DNA of 64,000 nucleotides from Lachnospiraceae bacterium (GTDB lineage Bacteria; Bacillota; Clostridia; Lachnospirales; Lachnospiraceae): NCBI GenBank assembly GCA_014804385.1, contig JAAUZW010000033.1, positions 8,879 to 72,878 of the forward strand, read 5' to 3'. Shown piece by piece: positions 49,593 to 58,914 of this stretch (position 1 is its first letter; each line of letters starts with the position of its first letter). The notes under the pieces were generated by a model. It saw only the letters and a program-made list of their open reading frames with translations, ran no database searches and was not told where the DNA came from. The position numbers and the translations under genes were made by a program.

Positions 49593-50687
49593 TTATGAAT
49601 TCGCTTTTTTATCTTCTCTCACCTTAGCGATAATATAGTCAAAAAAAATCTGCGAAGCCCGCCCATAATCATATTTTCTATCATATACTCTTTTAATATT
49701 TTCTGTATAGAAATCATAATTTTCCGTAATTTTCTGAACTGCAGCTTTCAATTCTTTTACATTGTCTATGACAATTCCAACTTTATATTTCTCTATCTCT
49801 TCCGCCAAACCCGGCACACGATTTGAAATTACGGGCTGTCCAAGGGATAAATGTTTAAAATACTTTCCCGAGGCCAGACCAATATTATAAACATTGTCAT
49901 CTGACTGATCTGAATACCAAAGCAATGCAATATCATACGCGCTTATAAATTCTGTATACTGCTCCTGCGAAAAATTATGTTTAATAAATTTGATATTGGG
50001 GCTATGGATTAATTTGCGATTGGTCAAATACCACCCTGATATTGTAATTTCTATATCCTCTAAATCGTCTACCTGCTCTATGAACGTCCCTAAAAAATTG
50101 GCTCCCACAGTACCGGAATAAATCAATCCTGTTTTATGAGACACATGATACTCTTTTTCATTTCTATAATAGGAATTTGGAATCAACCATGTCCTTGAAT
50201 GGGAGATGCCGTATTTTCTTAAAATTCTTTTACGGAGTTTATCCTGTATAACTATACCCTCACAACCTTTTACATAGATGATCTCCTTCAGCTTGTTCTG
50301 TAAATAATCTATCCTGTTTATGAATCTGCTACAAATATTAGCACTCTTCAACTTGATTGATTTTACATATATTTCCAAATTATAATAATAGAAAGTCGTA
50401 TTCTTCATGATATACGGCAGCGAAAAACAAATTTGCGTATCCTCTTGTGTAAAACATATAACTATATCCGGCTTATATTCTCTGACTTGTCTTCTGATAG
50501 CAGCCGCCTCCATTTTGCTGGTATCAACAACAGCCTTTACTTTTTTCTTCAGCTCCGTCTCGCGTACACGTCCCGGAAAGAAAAGGACAACCTTGCTACC
50601 GCGTTTTATCAGTTCATCAACCATCTGGATCCTTGCTGGTGAAAGCCGAAATGGAATTCCCTGCTGACACATCAATACAGTTGTCAT
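49593..50687 (-). CDS. GT-B fold glycosyltransferase (GT4/GT1-like)
   Basis: 364 aa. The two-lobe layout with C-terminal LASGKYFKHLSLGQPVISNRVPGLAEEI resembles GT-B donors. The family is not verified. Confidence 0.55.
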   Translation of the reverse strand: MTTVLMCQQGIPFRLSPARIQMVDELIKRGSKVVLFFPGRVRETELKKKVKAVVDTSKMEAAAIRRQVREYKPDIVICFTQEDTQICFSLPYIMKNTTFYYYNLEIYVKSIKLKSANICSRFINRIDYLQNKLKEIIYVKGCEGIVIQDKLRKRILRKYGISHSRTWLIPNSYYRNEKEYHVSHKTGLIYSGTVGANFLGTFIEQVDDLEDIEITISGWYLTNRKLIHSPNIKFIKHNFSQEQYTEFISAYDIALLWYSDQSDDNVYNIGLASGKYFKHLSLGQPVISNRVPGLAEEIEKYKVGIVIDNVKELKAAVQKITENYDFYTENIKRVYDRKYDYGRASQIFFDYIIAKVREDKKANS

Positions 50688-50707
50688 TACACTTTACTCC
50701 TTGTTCA

Positions 50708-51142
50708 TCACCTATATTTTATCAATTCCGACTTTACTCCTTCAAATCTTCGTTTGTCATTCTCTCCAGCATAAGGCCCTTGCTTCACCTCGATCATCTC
50801 CACCTCTTCCAACACTTCAAAGCCGTGACCGCCAGAGACTAAAAGTATAATATCCCCCGCATGTAGATCCCTACTCTCCAGATAGTCCTCATACTCATCA
50901 TAAAAGTCCACCCTCAGTACGCCCTTTTTAATGAACAGTACCTCCTGGGTCATCACCACATTTCTGTGCACTAGATTATGTACATGAGCATCTATCGTTT
51001 TCCCTGTTGGATGATGCATATATGCCATCTGCTGTGAATAATCACCCGGTGTGATAAAGTCCACGCCATCGCATTCATAGTCATTGCGGATGATCATTGC
51101 CAGTAATTTATTCTTTTTCTTTACTTCTTCTACCTGTCCCAT
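50708..51142 (-). CDS. Cupin-fold protein (putative sugar-nucleotide isomerase/epimerase-type)
   Basis: It starts MGQVEEVKKK at 51142. The cupin motifs are HHPTGKTIDAHVH and GDIILLVSGGHGFE. A deleted copy lies at 53735-53860 next to the intact DegT gene. Confidence 0.6.
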   Translation of the reverse strand: MGQVEEVKKKNKLLAMIIRNDYECDGVDFITPGDYSQQMAYMHHPTGKTIDAHVHNLVHRNVVMTQEVLFIKKGVLRVDFYDEYEDYLESRDLHAGDIILLVSGGHGFEVLEEVEMIEVKQGPYAGENDKRRFEGVKSELIKYR

Positions 51143-51210
51143 TTGACGTCTCCTCAATTTTATATATAGAATCCTATTATAATCTTCTTATAGTAGCTTT
51201 ATCTATTACC

Positions 51211-51441
51211 TTAGAACAAATCACTGTGACTGCCTGTCCGAACTAATTTAAGTAATAACATATCGGATTCAATCCTATAAATCCGCGAGTCCATCAGCGC
51301 ATGGTCTCTATTACTCACAGGCAAAGGCTCACCATTCTCGAGTAGTGTAATGATCTTCCATAATTTATCCAGATCACATCCGCGTTTAAGCGCCTGCTTA
51401 TAATCCTTTTTAAACTGTTCTGTAAATTTTAGACTAAGCAT
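51211..51441 (-). CDS. YafQ/RelE-type toxin homologue with internal deletion (probably inactive)
   Basis: 76 aa. It has FKKDYKQALKRGCDLDKL...LPVSNRDHAL and the C-terminus LVRTGSHSDLF, but the central segment (xGxWxGxRExHIxPDWLL) is missing. Confidence 0.6.
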   Translation of the reverse strand: MLSLKFTEQFKKDYKQALKRGCDLDKLWKIITLLENGEPLPVSNRDHALMDSRIYRIESDMLLLKLVRTGSHSDLF

Positions 51442-51709
51442 TTAGCGCCTCCTTCAACGCTTCAATACTATCAAACGGTCCATACATATCCACATCATTT
51501 TCAGCCGCCTCCATCGCTGCCCGTGTCACTACATTCGGTACATTTTTGCTTATAACAAACGGCATTTGTTGTTCCCTTACTGATTGTCTTAAGAAAACAT
51601 TAAATGCCGTTGAGAGGCTCATTCCCAACTCATTGAAAAAAGAGTCGGCCTGCTTTTTTAAATCTTCATCTACACGAACAGTAATATTCACACCTTTCAT
51701 GTCTATCAC
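51434..51709 (-). CDS. RelB/DinJ-family antitoxin
   Basis: 91 aa. ITVRVDEDLKKQADSFFNELGMSLSTAFNVFLRQSV is the DinJ ribbon-helix-helix signature. It overlaps the toxin start by 8 nt. Confidence 0.8.
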   Translation of the reverse strand: MIDMKGVNITVRVDEDLKKQADSFFNELGMSLSTAFNVFLRQSVREQQMPFVISKNVPNVVTRAAMEAAENDVDMYGPFDSIEALKEALNA

Positions 51710-51787
51710 CTCCTGTTTATATTATATACGCAGTTCCTCCGAAGCACAATATAATTATGTGCATTCAATGTGCAAAATATGTGTTTT

Positions 51788-52283
51788 CTAAATTCTTTCC
51801 ATTACTTTATACACTCCTTCCACTACCCGCTCCATCTGCTCTTCAATCAACGCCAGTCCGCTTGGAATATTAAAACCTTTCCTCGCCAGATACTCCGCAT
51901 TCGGATACGCCTCCCCAGCAAAGAGTCCTTGCTTCTGATATACTGGCTGCTCATGCATACACCAGAAAAACGTTCTCGATCCGATTCCTTCTTCCGACAA
52001 CAGCTTTTACATCGTTCTATTGTCCGCCTAAATCTGCCTGTCCAGCACAATCCCATAAACCCAATAAATGTTATCCGCGTAGTCTGTTTTTTCAATTTGG
52101 AGAATCAAGCCTTCTATATCTTTCAGCTGCTCCGTGTAATATTTCCCCATCGCACGCTTACGCCCCACAAAATCATCCAACCGATCAAGCTGTGCCAGGC
52201 CAACCGCCGCCTGCAAATTGGTAAAACGATAATTATCGCTGATCTCGTCTGCATATAGCAAACGTCTTTTCTGAAACAGAGTT
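51788..52283 (-). pseudogene. DegT/DnrJ/EryC1 aminotransferase remnant (3' portion, two in-frame stops)
   Basis: It is colinear with codons of the intact gene at 53872-54993 (EISDNYRFTNLQAAVGLAQL...IYWVYGIVLDRQI-stop-ADNRTM-stop-KLLSEEGIGSRTFFWCMHEQPVYQKQGLF...). The 5' roughly 60 percent of the gene is missing. Confidence 0.8.
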
Positions 52284-52289
52284 ATGCAG

Positions 52290-52685
52290 CACTTTTCTTG
52301 CACTTTGAAAAACACTCAGAATATCGCCATTGCTATTCTGGTAACTCATGACATGAAAAAAAAATCACGGCATCATACTTTTCTCTGGGTTCATAGATTC
52401 GGATATCCGACACTGAAAAGTCAATATCCATACCCATACTCCTGCTATTTTCCCTTTCAATATCGATCATAAGCGTGTTCATGTCTATCCCTGTAAGTCA
52501 TATCCGAGCTTTGACAATTCTATGTCATGCCGCTCAATCCTACATCCGTAATTAATAATTTTTCCGATGTTACTTCCATACCGCTTAAGCAACGTGTCCA
52601 CCCGACTGCTCTCAGCCGCATAGTCCTTGTCCTAATAAAATGCATTATAATAGTATGCATAATCTTGAACCGCTTCCATTTTTAG
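52290..52685 (-). pseudogene. SAM methyltransferase remnant (5' half, frameshifted)
   Basis: Nucleotide-level colinearity with 49195-49585, including the start region ...GCTTCCAT. There is an indel in the run CATGAAAAAAAAATCACGG versus CATGAAAAAGAGAGATCACCG. It is fused directly to the DegT remnant. Confidence 0.75.
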
Positions 52686-52725
52686 CTCTTGTTAGGCACT
52701 AAAATCCACTGCTCCGTTCTTACCC

Positions 52726-53673
52726 TTAATTCTTTTGTATGATTACCAAACCATTGGCCCAGAGATGTGTGTATGGTATCGGCTCATACTGTCCTGTTAT
52801 GTCTTCCCAATGATTATTTAGATATCTTTTTAAAAATTTGAGTCCATCACTGTTCTGATTTTTTACCACCCACTCGTCCAAGATACTGTTGTATCCAAAC
52901 GGCGCTGTAATCAGACAGGAGCTCGCCTCTCTCAGTATTTTCTCTATAGCATCAACTGCATTTTCTACTTCGTGCATACCAAAATCCGTTGTACCAATAT
53001 GTTCCACAGTCGAAATTGACAATACATTTTTATCTGTTAAATCACAATCAAATATAGATTTATGAATAGCTCTCTTATGTCTATCTGTCGGATCAATTAC
53101 TTCTACAATTTTATCATCATAAAAATAATATGGTGTAACGGCGCCTATTTCTACAATTTTACCACTACACTGCTCTATATATGCTTTTGCCAATGCCAAT
53201 TCCACACTTCTCTCTGTCATCCGTGTTGACGCATATCCACAATTATACGGATGTTCAAACAACTTATACTTTTTACCCTCAAGGGAAAAATCCGTATCGC
53301 AAAATACATTTTCATTCTCAAAATAATCAAACACATCTGCATTCAAATCTGCATGCAACAAATCAACAAATATACGGTTAACCGTCACCTTCGTTTCCAC
53401 GCAGATAATAATAGTTGCCCGTTTTCCGCTTTCTTCTATTTTTTCCCCCAAGGCATCAAGACCAATAACGGGAACACCATTGAGAAAATGCATCCAGGTC
53501 GCATTTCTGTCGCAAAGATAATCCACTTTAAAATCACAATTTTCCACCAGCATACCACCCCAGCAAGCCGCACCATAGACAGCTACAATACCTTTATTCT
53601 TTTCAATAAAAGCTCCGATATCATCCTTTTTTGTTCGTATAACGCAATGTGAATTCATAATATCTCCCTTCAT
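52726..53673 (-). CDS. N-terminal Rossmann-like module fused to a possible class I methyltransferase-like domain
   Basis: 315 aa. The module is GIVAVYGAACWGGMLVENC...YLCDRN...RATIIICVE. The C-terminal part has IVEIGAVTP...VIDP...LSISTVEHIG, reminiscent of SAM-MTase motifs. This call is weak. Confidence 0.5.
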   Translation of the reverse strand: MKGDIMNSHCVIRTKKDDIGAFIEKNKGIVAVYGAACWGGMLVENCDFKVDYLCDRNATWMHFLNGVPVIGLDALGEKIEESGKRATIIICVETKVTVNRIFVDLLHADLNADVFDYFENENVFCDTDFSLEGKKYKLFEHPYNCGYASTRMTERSVELALAKAYIEQCSGKIVEIGAVTPYYFYDDKIVEVIDPTDRHKRAIHKSIFDCDLTDKNVLSISTVEHIGTTDFGMHEVENAVDAIEKILREASSCLITAPFGYNSILDEWVVKNQNSDGLKFLKRYLNNHWEDITGQYEPIPYTHLWANGLVIIQKN

Positions 53674-53734
53674 ACTGTTAATTTTTAATTATAGTAAATA
53701 ACTTTGTCCGCTTCTATCCCTGTAAATCACTTTT

Positions 53735-53860
53735 TTATCTTCATTTTCAGCATAGAACCCCTGCTTCACCTCAATCATCTCCACTTCTTCACATTCATAA
53801 TCGTTTCGAATGATCATTGTAAGCAGTTTATTTTTTCTTTACTTCTTCAACTTGTCCCAT
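53735..53860 (-). pseudogene. Cupin gene remnant with large internal deletion
   Basis: The start-proximal part (…ACTTCTTCAACTTGTCCCAT) matches 51071-51142. The distal part matches about 50748-50810. The region equivalent to about 50811-51070 is absent. Confidence 0.7.
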
Positions 53861-53871
53861 TTAACACCTCC

Positions 53872-54993
53872 TTATATTCGAGTCATAACACCCCGCACAC
53901 CTGTTACCACCCGTTCCATCTGCTCCTCGGTCAGCGCCAGTCCGCTTGGAATATAAAACCCTTTCCTCGCCAGATACTCTGCATTCGGATATGACTCACG
54001 ATTAAAAAGTCCCTGTTTCTGATACACCGGCTGTTCATGCATACACCAGAAGAAGGTTCGAGAACCGATCCCCTCTTCCGCCAACAGTTTCTGTATCATC
54101 CTATTGTCCGCCTGAATCTGCCTGTCCAGCACGATTCCATAAACCCAATATATGTTATCCGCGTAATCTGTCTTTTCAATCGGGAGGATCATTCCAACTA
54201 TATCTTTCAGCTGCTCCGTGTAATATTTCCCCATTGCACGCTTGCGTTCCACAAATTCATCCAGCCGCTCAAGCTGCGCCAGTCCGACCGCCGCTTGCAG
54301 GTTCGTAAAACGATAATTATCACTGATCTCGTCGTGCACATAACGGACGTCTTTTCTGAAACAGAGGTTTCTAAGCATCCGGCATCGCTCCGCCAGTTCC
54401 TCATCGTCTGTCACCACCATGCCGCCCTCACCTGTAGTAATGTGCTTATTCGGATAAAAGCTGAACGTGCTGATATCTCCAAAACTCCCGCAGGGTTTCC
54501 CCCTATAGGTCTGGCCGTGCATCTCGGCCGCATCCTCTATAACTTTTAGACCGTACTTTTTCGCCAAAGCAAGAACACCATCCACCTCAACCGGAAGCCC
54601 ATAGATATGAACAATCATGATGGCTTTGGTTTTAGGTGTAATCTTTGCCTCGACTTCATCTACGTTCATATTCCAAGTATGCAAATCACTGTCCACCAAT
54701 ACCGGAATCGCCCCCAGCTTTGTCACCGCCATGGCACAGGATATAATCGTGAACGCGGGCATGATGACCTCGTCGCCCTCACCGATCCCGAGAGCCTGCA
54801 TCGCGACCTCCAGCGCTGCCGTACCATTTGACACCGCAATGCCATATTTCCTGTCCACTGTGACGCTCATCTTCTGCTCAAACGCTTTTACAAATGGACC
54901 TTCTGATGAAATCCAGCCTGTGTCAATACATTCACAGAGATATTTTTTTTCATTGCCGTTTAACAATGGCTCGTTTACAGGCACAAAATCCAT
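53872..54993 (-). CDS. DegT/DnrJ/EryC1/StrS-family PLP aminotransferase (sugar-nucleotide aminotransferase)
   Basis: 373 aa. It has the N-terminus PLLNGNEKKYLCECIDTGWISSEGPFV and the PLP-lysine region STFSFYPNKHITTGEGGMV. Confidence 0.85.
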   Translation of the reverse strand: MDFVPVNEPLLNGNEKKYLCECIDTGWISSEGPFVKAFEQKMSVTVDRKYGIAVSNGTAALEVAMQALGIGEGDEVIMPAFTIISCAMAVTKLGAIPVLVDSDLHTWNMNVDEVEAKITPKTKAIMIVHIYGLPVEVDGVLALAKKYGLKVIEDAAEMHGQTYRGKPCGSFGDISTFSFYPNKHITTGEGGMVVTDDEELAERCRMLRNLCFRKDVRYVHDEISDNYRFTNLQAAVGLAQLERLDEFVERKRAMGKYYTEQLKDIVGMILPIEKTDYADNIYWVYGIVLDRQIQADNRMIQKLLAEEGIGSRTFFWCMHEQPVYQKQGLFNRESYPNAEYLARKGFYIPSGLALTEEQMERVVTGVRGVMTRI

Positions 54994-55036
54994 ATATACA
55001 TTTCCTCACTTCAAAAAATTTTCTCCATTTTGGAAA

Positions 55037-55984
55037 TTAATTAAATTCTAATATTTTTTTGAAATAATGAATCGTATCAGTCAGCCCCTCCTCTAACGAT
55101 ACTGTCGGCTGCCAGTTTAGCTCTTTTTGGGCCATCTCTATAACTGGTTTTCTTTGGATTGGGTCGTCCTGCGGCAACGGCGTATGTACTAACTTTGATG
55201 ATGAATTGGTCATTTTGATTACAAGCTCCGCAAGCTGCAACATTGTAATCTCATTCGGATTACCAAGATTCACCGGTCCTGTCAGGCTGTCATCGCTATC
55301 CATCATCCGTATCATTCCTTCAACCAAATCATCTACATAACAAAAACTCCTTGTTTGCATACCGTCTCCATAAATCGTGATATCCTCTCCCTTTAATGCC
55401 TGAACAATAAAGTTAGAAACTACCCTTCCGTCATCAAGCCTCATACGTGGTCCATAAGTATTGAATATTCGAACCACCTTAATATCAACACCATGCTGAC
55501 GATGATAATCAAAAAACAATGTTTCTGCCATTCTTTTCCCCTCGTCATAGCATGAACGAATCCCTATAGGATTTACACATCCTCTATAGCTTTCCGGTTG
55601 GGGATGCACTTCAGGATCTCCATACACTTCACTTGTACTCGCCTGTAAAACACGTGCATGGCATCGTTTCGCTAATCCGAGTGTATGCAACGCTCCCATT
55701 ACACTGGTCTTCCCCGTTTTAATTGGATCATACTGGTAATGAATCGGACTTGCCGGACAGGCAAGATTGTAAATCTGGTCACATTCCACATAAATATCCT
55801 GAAGAACATCATGACGCATAAATTCAAAAAACGGATTATCCATTAGATGCCGAATATTATCCTTTTGACCTGTAAACAGGTTGTCCAAACATACAACATC
55901 ATTCCCTTGCTGTAACAACTTTTCACATAAATGCGATCCAATAAACCCAGCCCCGCCAGTTATCAGTATTCTTTTTCGCCTCAT
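55037..55984 (-). CDS. UDP-glucuronate decarboxylase (UXS-type SDR)
   Basis: 315 aa. It has [18 protein letters not shown]...[16 protein letters not shown] and a YDEGKR catalytic region typical of UXS. Confidence 0.8.
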   Translation of the reverse strand: MRRKRILITGGAGFIGSHLCEKLLQQGNDVVCLDNLFTGQKDNIRHLMDNPFFEFMRHDVLQDIYVECDQIYNLACPASPIHYQYDPIKTGKTSVMGALHTLGLAKRCHARVLQASTSEVYGDPEVHPQPESYRGCVNPIGIRSCYDEGKRMAETLFFDYHRQHGVDIKVVRIFNTYGPRMRLDDGRVVSNFIVQALKGEDITIYGDGMQTRSFCYVDDLVEGMIRMMDSDDSLTGPVNLGNPNEITMLQLAELVIKMTNSSSKLVHTPLPQDDPIQRKPVIEMAQKELNWQPTVSLEEGLTDTIHYFKKILEFN

Positions 55985-56009
55985 ATTTCTCCTTTCAACC
56001 GACTTACAT

Positions 56010-56975
56010 CTACCTCAGCCAATCATTCTTCATTACCAGCCTTCTAAATCGTTCATTGCTGACAATTTGATAATCGTAAATTACCCTTGCCCTATAGAAA
56101 CACATTTTCGCAGGTATAGACCTCAAGGTTGTTTTTCCATATAATGCTCCTTTTATATCATACTTGCACTCACGCAAAAATGACTTAAAATACTCTTTAT
56201 ATCGCGATGGCAAATCACTTTTAACAAATGCCTTTTCCCTGTATGCGCTATAACTTGTTGCAAATCCATAATTCCGATAAAATTTGTTTATATGTCTTTG
56301 TGTCATCCTTTTTTGCGGGATCATATGATATATAATAGACTTTCCCACATACGCCGTCATCCAGCCGTTTCTGACTATATCCCGATTCAATCCGGTTTCT
56401 CCATCTCCTAAATAAATATCTTTCGTATATTCCGGATGAAATCCTCCTGTCTCAAAAAACGTCTCCCGCCGTATTGCCTCATGACAGCTATACACACCCA
56501 CATCGTAATCTCTTATAAACGTTCTTTTCCCCTTATCATTTAAGCTAAGAGTAGAATTAGTAAAATACTTTTTTATCCATCTAGGCGGTTCTGTCTCCCA
56601 TTTTGGAAGCACCTTTCCGGTAGCACACCCAACCCTGCTATTGATTGTAAACACAGGTATCAGTTGCTTTAGCAAATCAGGCTCTGCTAACATATCATCA
56701 TCTGTAAAATAGAGAATATCCCCTTTTGCAGTTTTTGCGGCCGTGTTTCTTGCATAATGCACACCCTGTCGGCCCTCAAATAAATATTTTATTCTGTCCT
56801 CACCATATCTTGCCATATAATCCAATATTATTTCTTTTACATTATCTGTTGAATTGTTATCACATACAATAATCTCATATTGGTCCACAGGATAATCCTG
56901 TTTTAAAAAGCTATCCAACGTATATACAATACTGTGTGCGCGATTATATGTTGGAATAATAATTGAAACAAACAC
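56010..56975 (-). CDS. GT2 glycosyltransferase
   Basis: 321 aa with [14 protein letters not shown]...[11 protein letters not shown]...FTDDDM. Confidence 0.8.
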   Translation of the reverse strand: MFVSIIIPTYNRAHSIVYTLDSFLKQDYPVDQYEIIVCDNNSTDNVKEIILDYMARYGEDRIKYLFEGRQGVHYARNTAAKTAKGDILYFTDDDMLAEPDLLKQLIPVFTINSRVGCATGKVLPKWETEPPRWIKKYFTNSTLSLNDKGKRTFIRDYDVGVYSCHEAIRRETFFETGGFHPEYTKDIYLGDGETGLNRDIVRNGWMTAYVGKSIIYHMIPQKRMTQRHINKFYRNYGFATSYSAYREKAFVKSDLPSRYKEYFKSFLRECKYDIKGALYGKTTLRSIPAKMCFYRARVIYDYQIVSNERFRRLVMKNDWLR

Positions 56976-56996
56976 TTTCCACCCCTCCTCGTAAAA

Positions 56997-57965
56997 CTAA
57001 TCTCTTGTTCCTACTATTGCTATATATTTTTCTAAAGCCTCTTCTCTAGCAATCTGCTCACCCGGAATACATGTTTTCAAAACATCCCGCATATAATAGT
57101 CACAATAATTACATGCGACAATACTTTTCTTATTTAACAAATAAAATAAATCCTCTTTAAATTGTCTTTTGCTTTTGTAAGATCTTAAATTAATATGATC
57201 TGTTTTATCGGCTTTAAGTATTTCTAAATCATGTCCACTAGATGACCGCGGACATAAATGAATATCTCCATCTAACATGTTAACGCAGTCTGACCTGCAA
57301 ACTCTTAATATTTCTTCTAGTTCTTTCTCCGATCTGTTCCTATAAGAAATGTCTCCCTGTGGTGTCCACTGTAAATCCTTATCAGAACAATACTTAATTC
57401 CATAATTCCGCAACTGCTTTCTCAGCTTATCATAATTTCTTGAAACCTTACCATAATTACTGATATCCACAGAACATTTTCTTTCTTTTCTTAAAATGTT
57501 AAGAACATCCTCCTCAAACAACATAGTGCCATTTGTAACAATCTGGATGTTTTCTATATTTTCATTCTTCAGAATCCCTAATAGAATTTCCTTTAAATTG
57601 GGATGCATAAGAGGTTCCCCTCCCAGTATCCTCAATTGATTTATTCCTTTTACACACTGGCATAATTTATGCACATCATTAACTATTTCCCTATAATCAA
57701 AAAATTTACCCTTATCATAGTATTGAATCAAATTAGCACACTCTTTACAACGCAAAGAACATTTCGTCGTTATAGGTACTTCTATATAATTTAAATAGAC
57801 ATTGTGAAAAATGTGCCTATTGGCTTTAATATATAAATCGATTATACCATTTAGAACATACGATTTTCTATAATTTCCAAAAATGCAATTACTTAAAAAT
57901 TTATACAAATTTCTCTCATATAGATTGTATTTATCAAAAGCCGACATTGTTTCCTCCATTATCAT
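56997..57965 (-). CDS. Radical SAM protein with C-terminal Cys-rich region
   Basis: 322 aa. The CX3CX2C motif is ITTKCSLRCKECAN, and the GGEPLMHP motif is present. Later Cys clusters are CRSDCVNMLDGDIHLCP and ACNYCDY. Confidence 0.75.
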   Translation of the reverse strand: MIMEETMSAFDKYNLYERNLYKFLSNCIFGNYRKSYVLNGIIDLYIKANRHIFHNVYLNYIEVPITTKCSLRCKECANLIQYYDKGKFFDYREIVNDVHKLCQCVKGINQLRILGGEPLMHPNLKEILLGILKNENIENIQIVTNGTMLFEEDVLNILRKERKCSVDISNYGKVSRNYDKLRKQLRNYGIKYCSDKDLQWTPQGDISYRNRSEKELEEILRVCRSDCVNMLDGDIHLCPRSSSGHDLEILKADKTDHINLRSYKSKRQFKEDLFYLLNKKSIVACNYCDYYMRDVLKTCIPGEQIAREEALEKYIAIVGTRD

Positions 57966-57978
57966 AATTGATTTCTAT

Positions 57979-58890
57979 TCAGTCATCAAACTCCTTATTG
58001 CAAAAAGTCATATATGGTCTAAAAGGCCTCTCAAAGAAATAGCAACCGAATACTTTACATTGATAATCCTTATGTAAATCTCTACATATCTTTCGAATTT
58101 TTATTGCATTATAGTATGAATGATAAGTTGCTATCATCATCTTCGGATGGCACTTTTTTATAGTTCTCCTCATCCCTATCACGGCATCTATCTCCGCTCC
58201 TTCTATATCCATCTTTATAATATCTACATGTCCAATACCCATACTTTGTAAAATTTCATCCAAAGAAGTAACCATTATTTCCTGTTCCAATGCGTTCGCA
58301 TTCACTTCATTCTCATCCATACTTGATGCGCAAAACATATTGGGATCAATATAAAGCTTATTCTTATGCGCTCTTCTTCCCAATGCTTTTTCTATAATCA
58401 AAACGCGTCCGGTACTAATTTCGTCCTCAAAAGTCTTTTTTAATCCCTCTGCTAACTCCTTACATGGCTCAAATATAATAACTTTTGAAGCCCCCATGTT
58501 TAACGCATATCTTGAATAGAATCCCTCACATCCCCCCGCATCAACAACTATATCTTCAGCATTTACAGCCATCTCTGGTCTTATATAACTGTGCCCATTG
58601 AATATATAATTATAAAAAGTTTCACAGTATATTGCCTGTAACTCATATTTTTTTAGCGCGCCCTTTTTTACATAAAATTCCCCTTCTTTGCCACAAATAT
58701 CTATGGTAAAGTTCCACCACTCCCCTTTAGATGTCAAGTGGATATCTGGCCTTTGAAACTTTCCTTTCCAATCCATAAACCCACCTATCAACTCATTATG
58801 AGAATACAAATAATACTTATTATTCAGAATTGCTGCCACTCTTTTTCCTCCATTGATTAATCCTCTATAATATCCAATTTTATAGTGCAT
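57979..58890 (-). CDS. FkbM-family methyltransferase
   Basis: 303 aa with VVDAGGCEGFYS and VDIIKMDIEGAE signatures. Confidence 0.75.
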   Translation of the reverse strand: MHYKIGYYRGLINGGKRVAAILNNKYYLYSHNELIGGFMDWKGKFQRPDIHLTSKGEWWNFTIDICGKEGEFYVKKGALKKYELQAIYCETFYNYIFNGHSYIRPEMAVNAEDIVVDAGGCEGFYSRYALNMGASKVIIFEPCKELAEGLKKTFEDEISTGRVLIIEKALGRRAHKNKLYIDPNMFCASSMDENEVNANALEQEIMVTSLDEILQSMGIGHVDIIKMDIEGAEIDAVIGMRRTIKKCHPKMMIATYHSYYNAIKIRKICRDLHKDYQCKVFGCYFFERPFRPYMTFCNKEFDD

Positions 58891-58914
58891 TTTTTCATCA
58901 TCGTCTACTGAAAT

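Noticed and set aside
53872-55984. UXS-type decarboxylase plus DegT aminotransferase as an ArnA/ArnB-like UDP-4-amino-arabinose pathway.
   Set aside because: The decarboxylase looks like a standard reducing UXS (UDP-xylose synthase) rather than the ArnA C-terminal type. No formyltransferase or ArnC/T homologues are present, so the pairing may be coincidental. The substrate assignment is left open.
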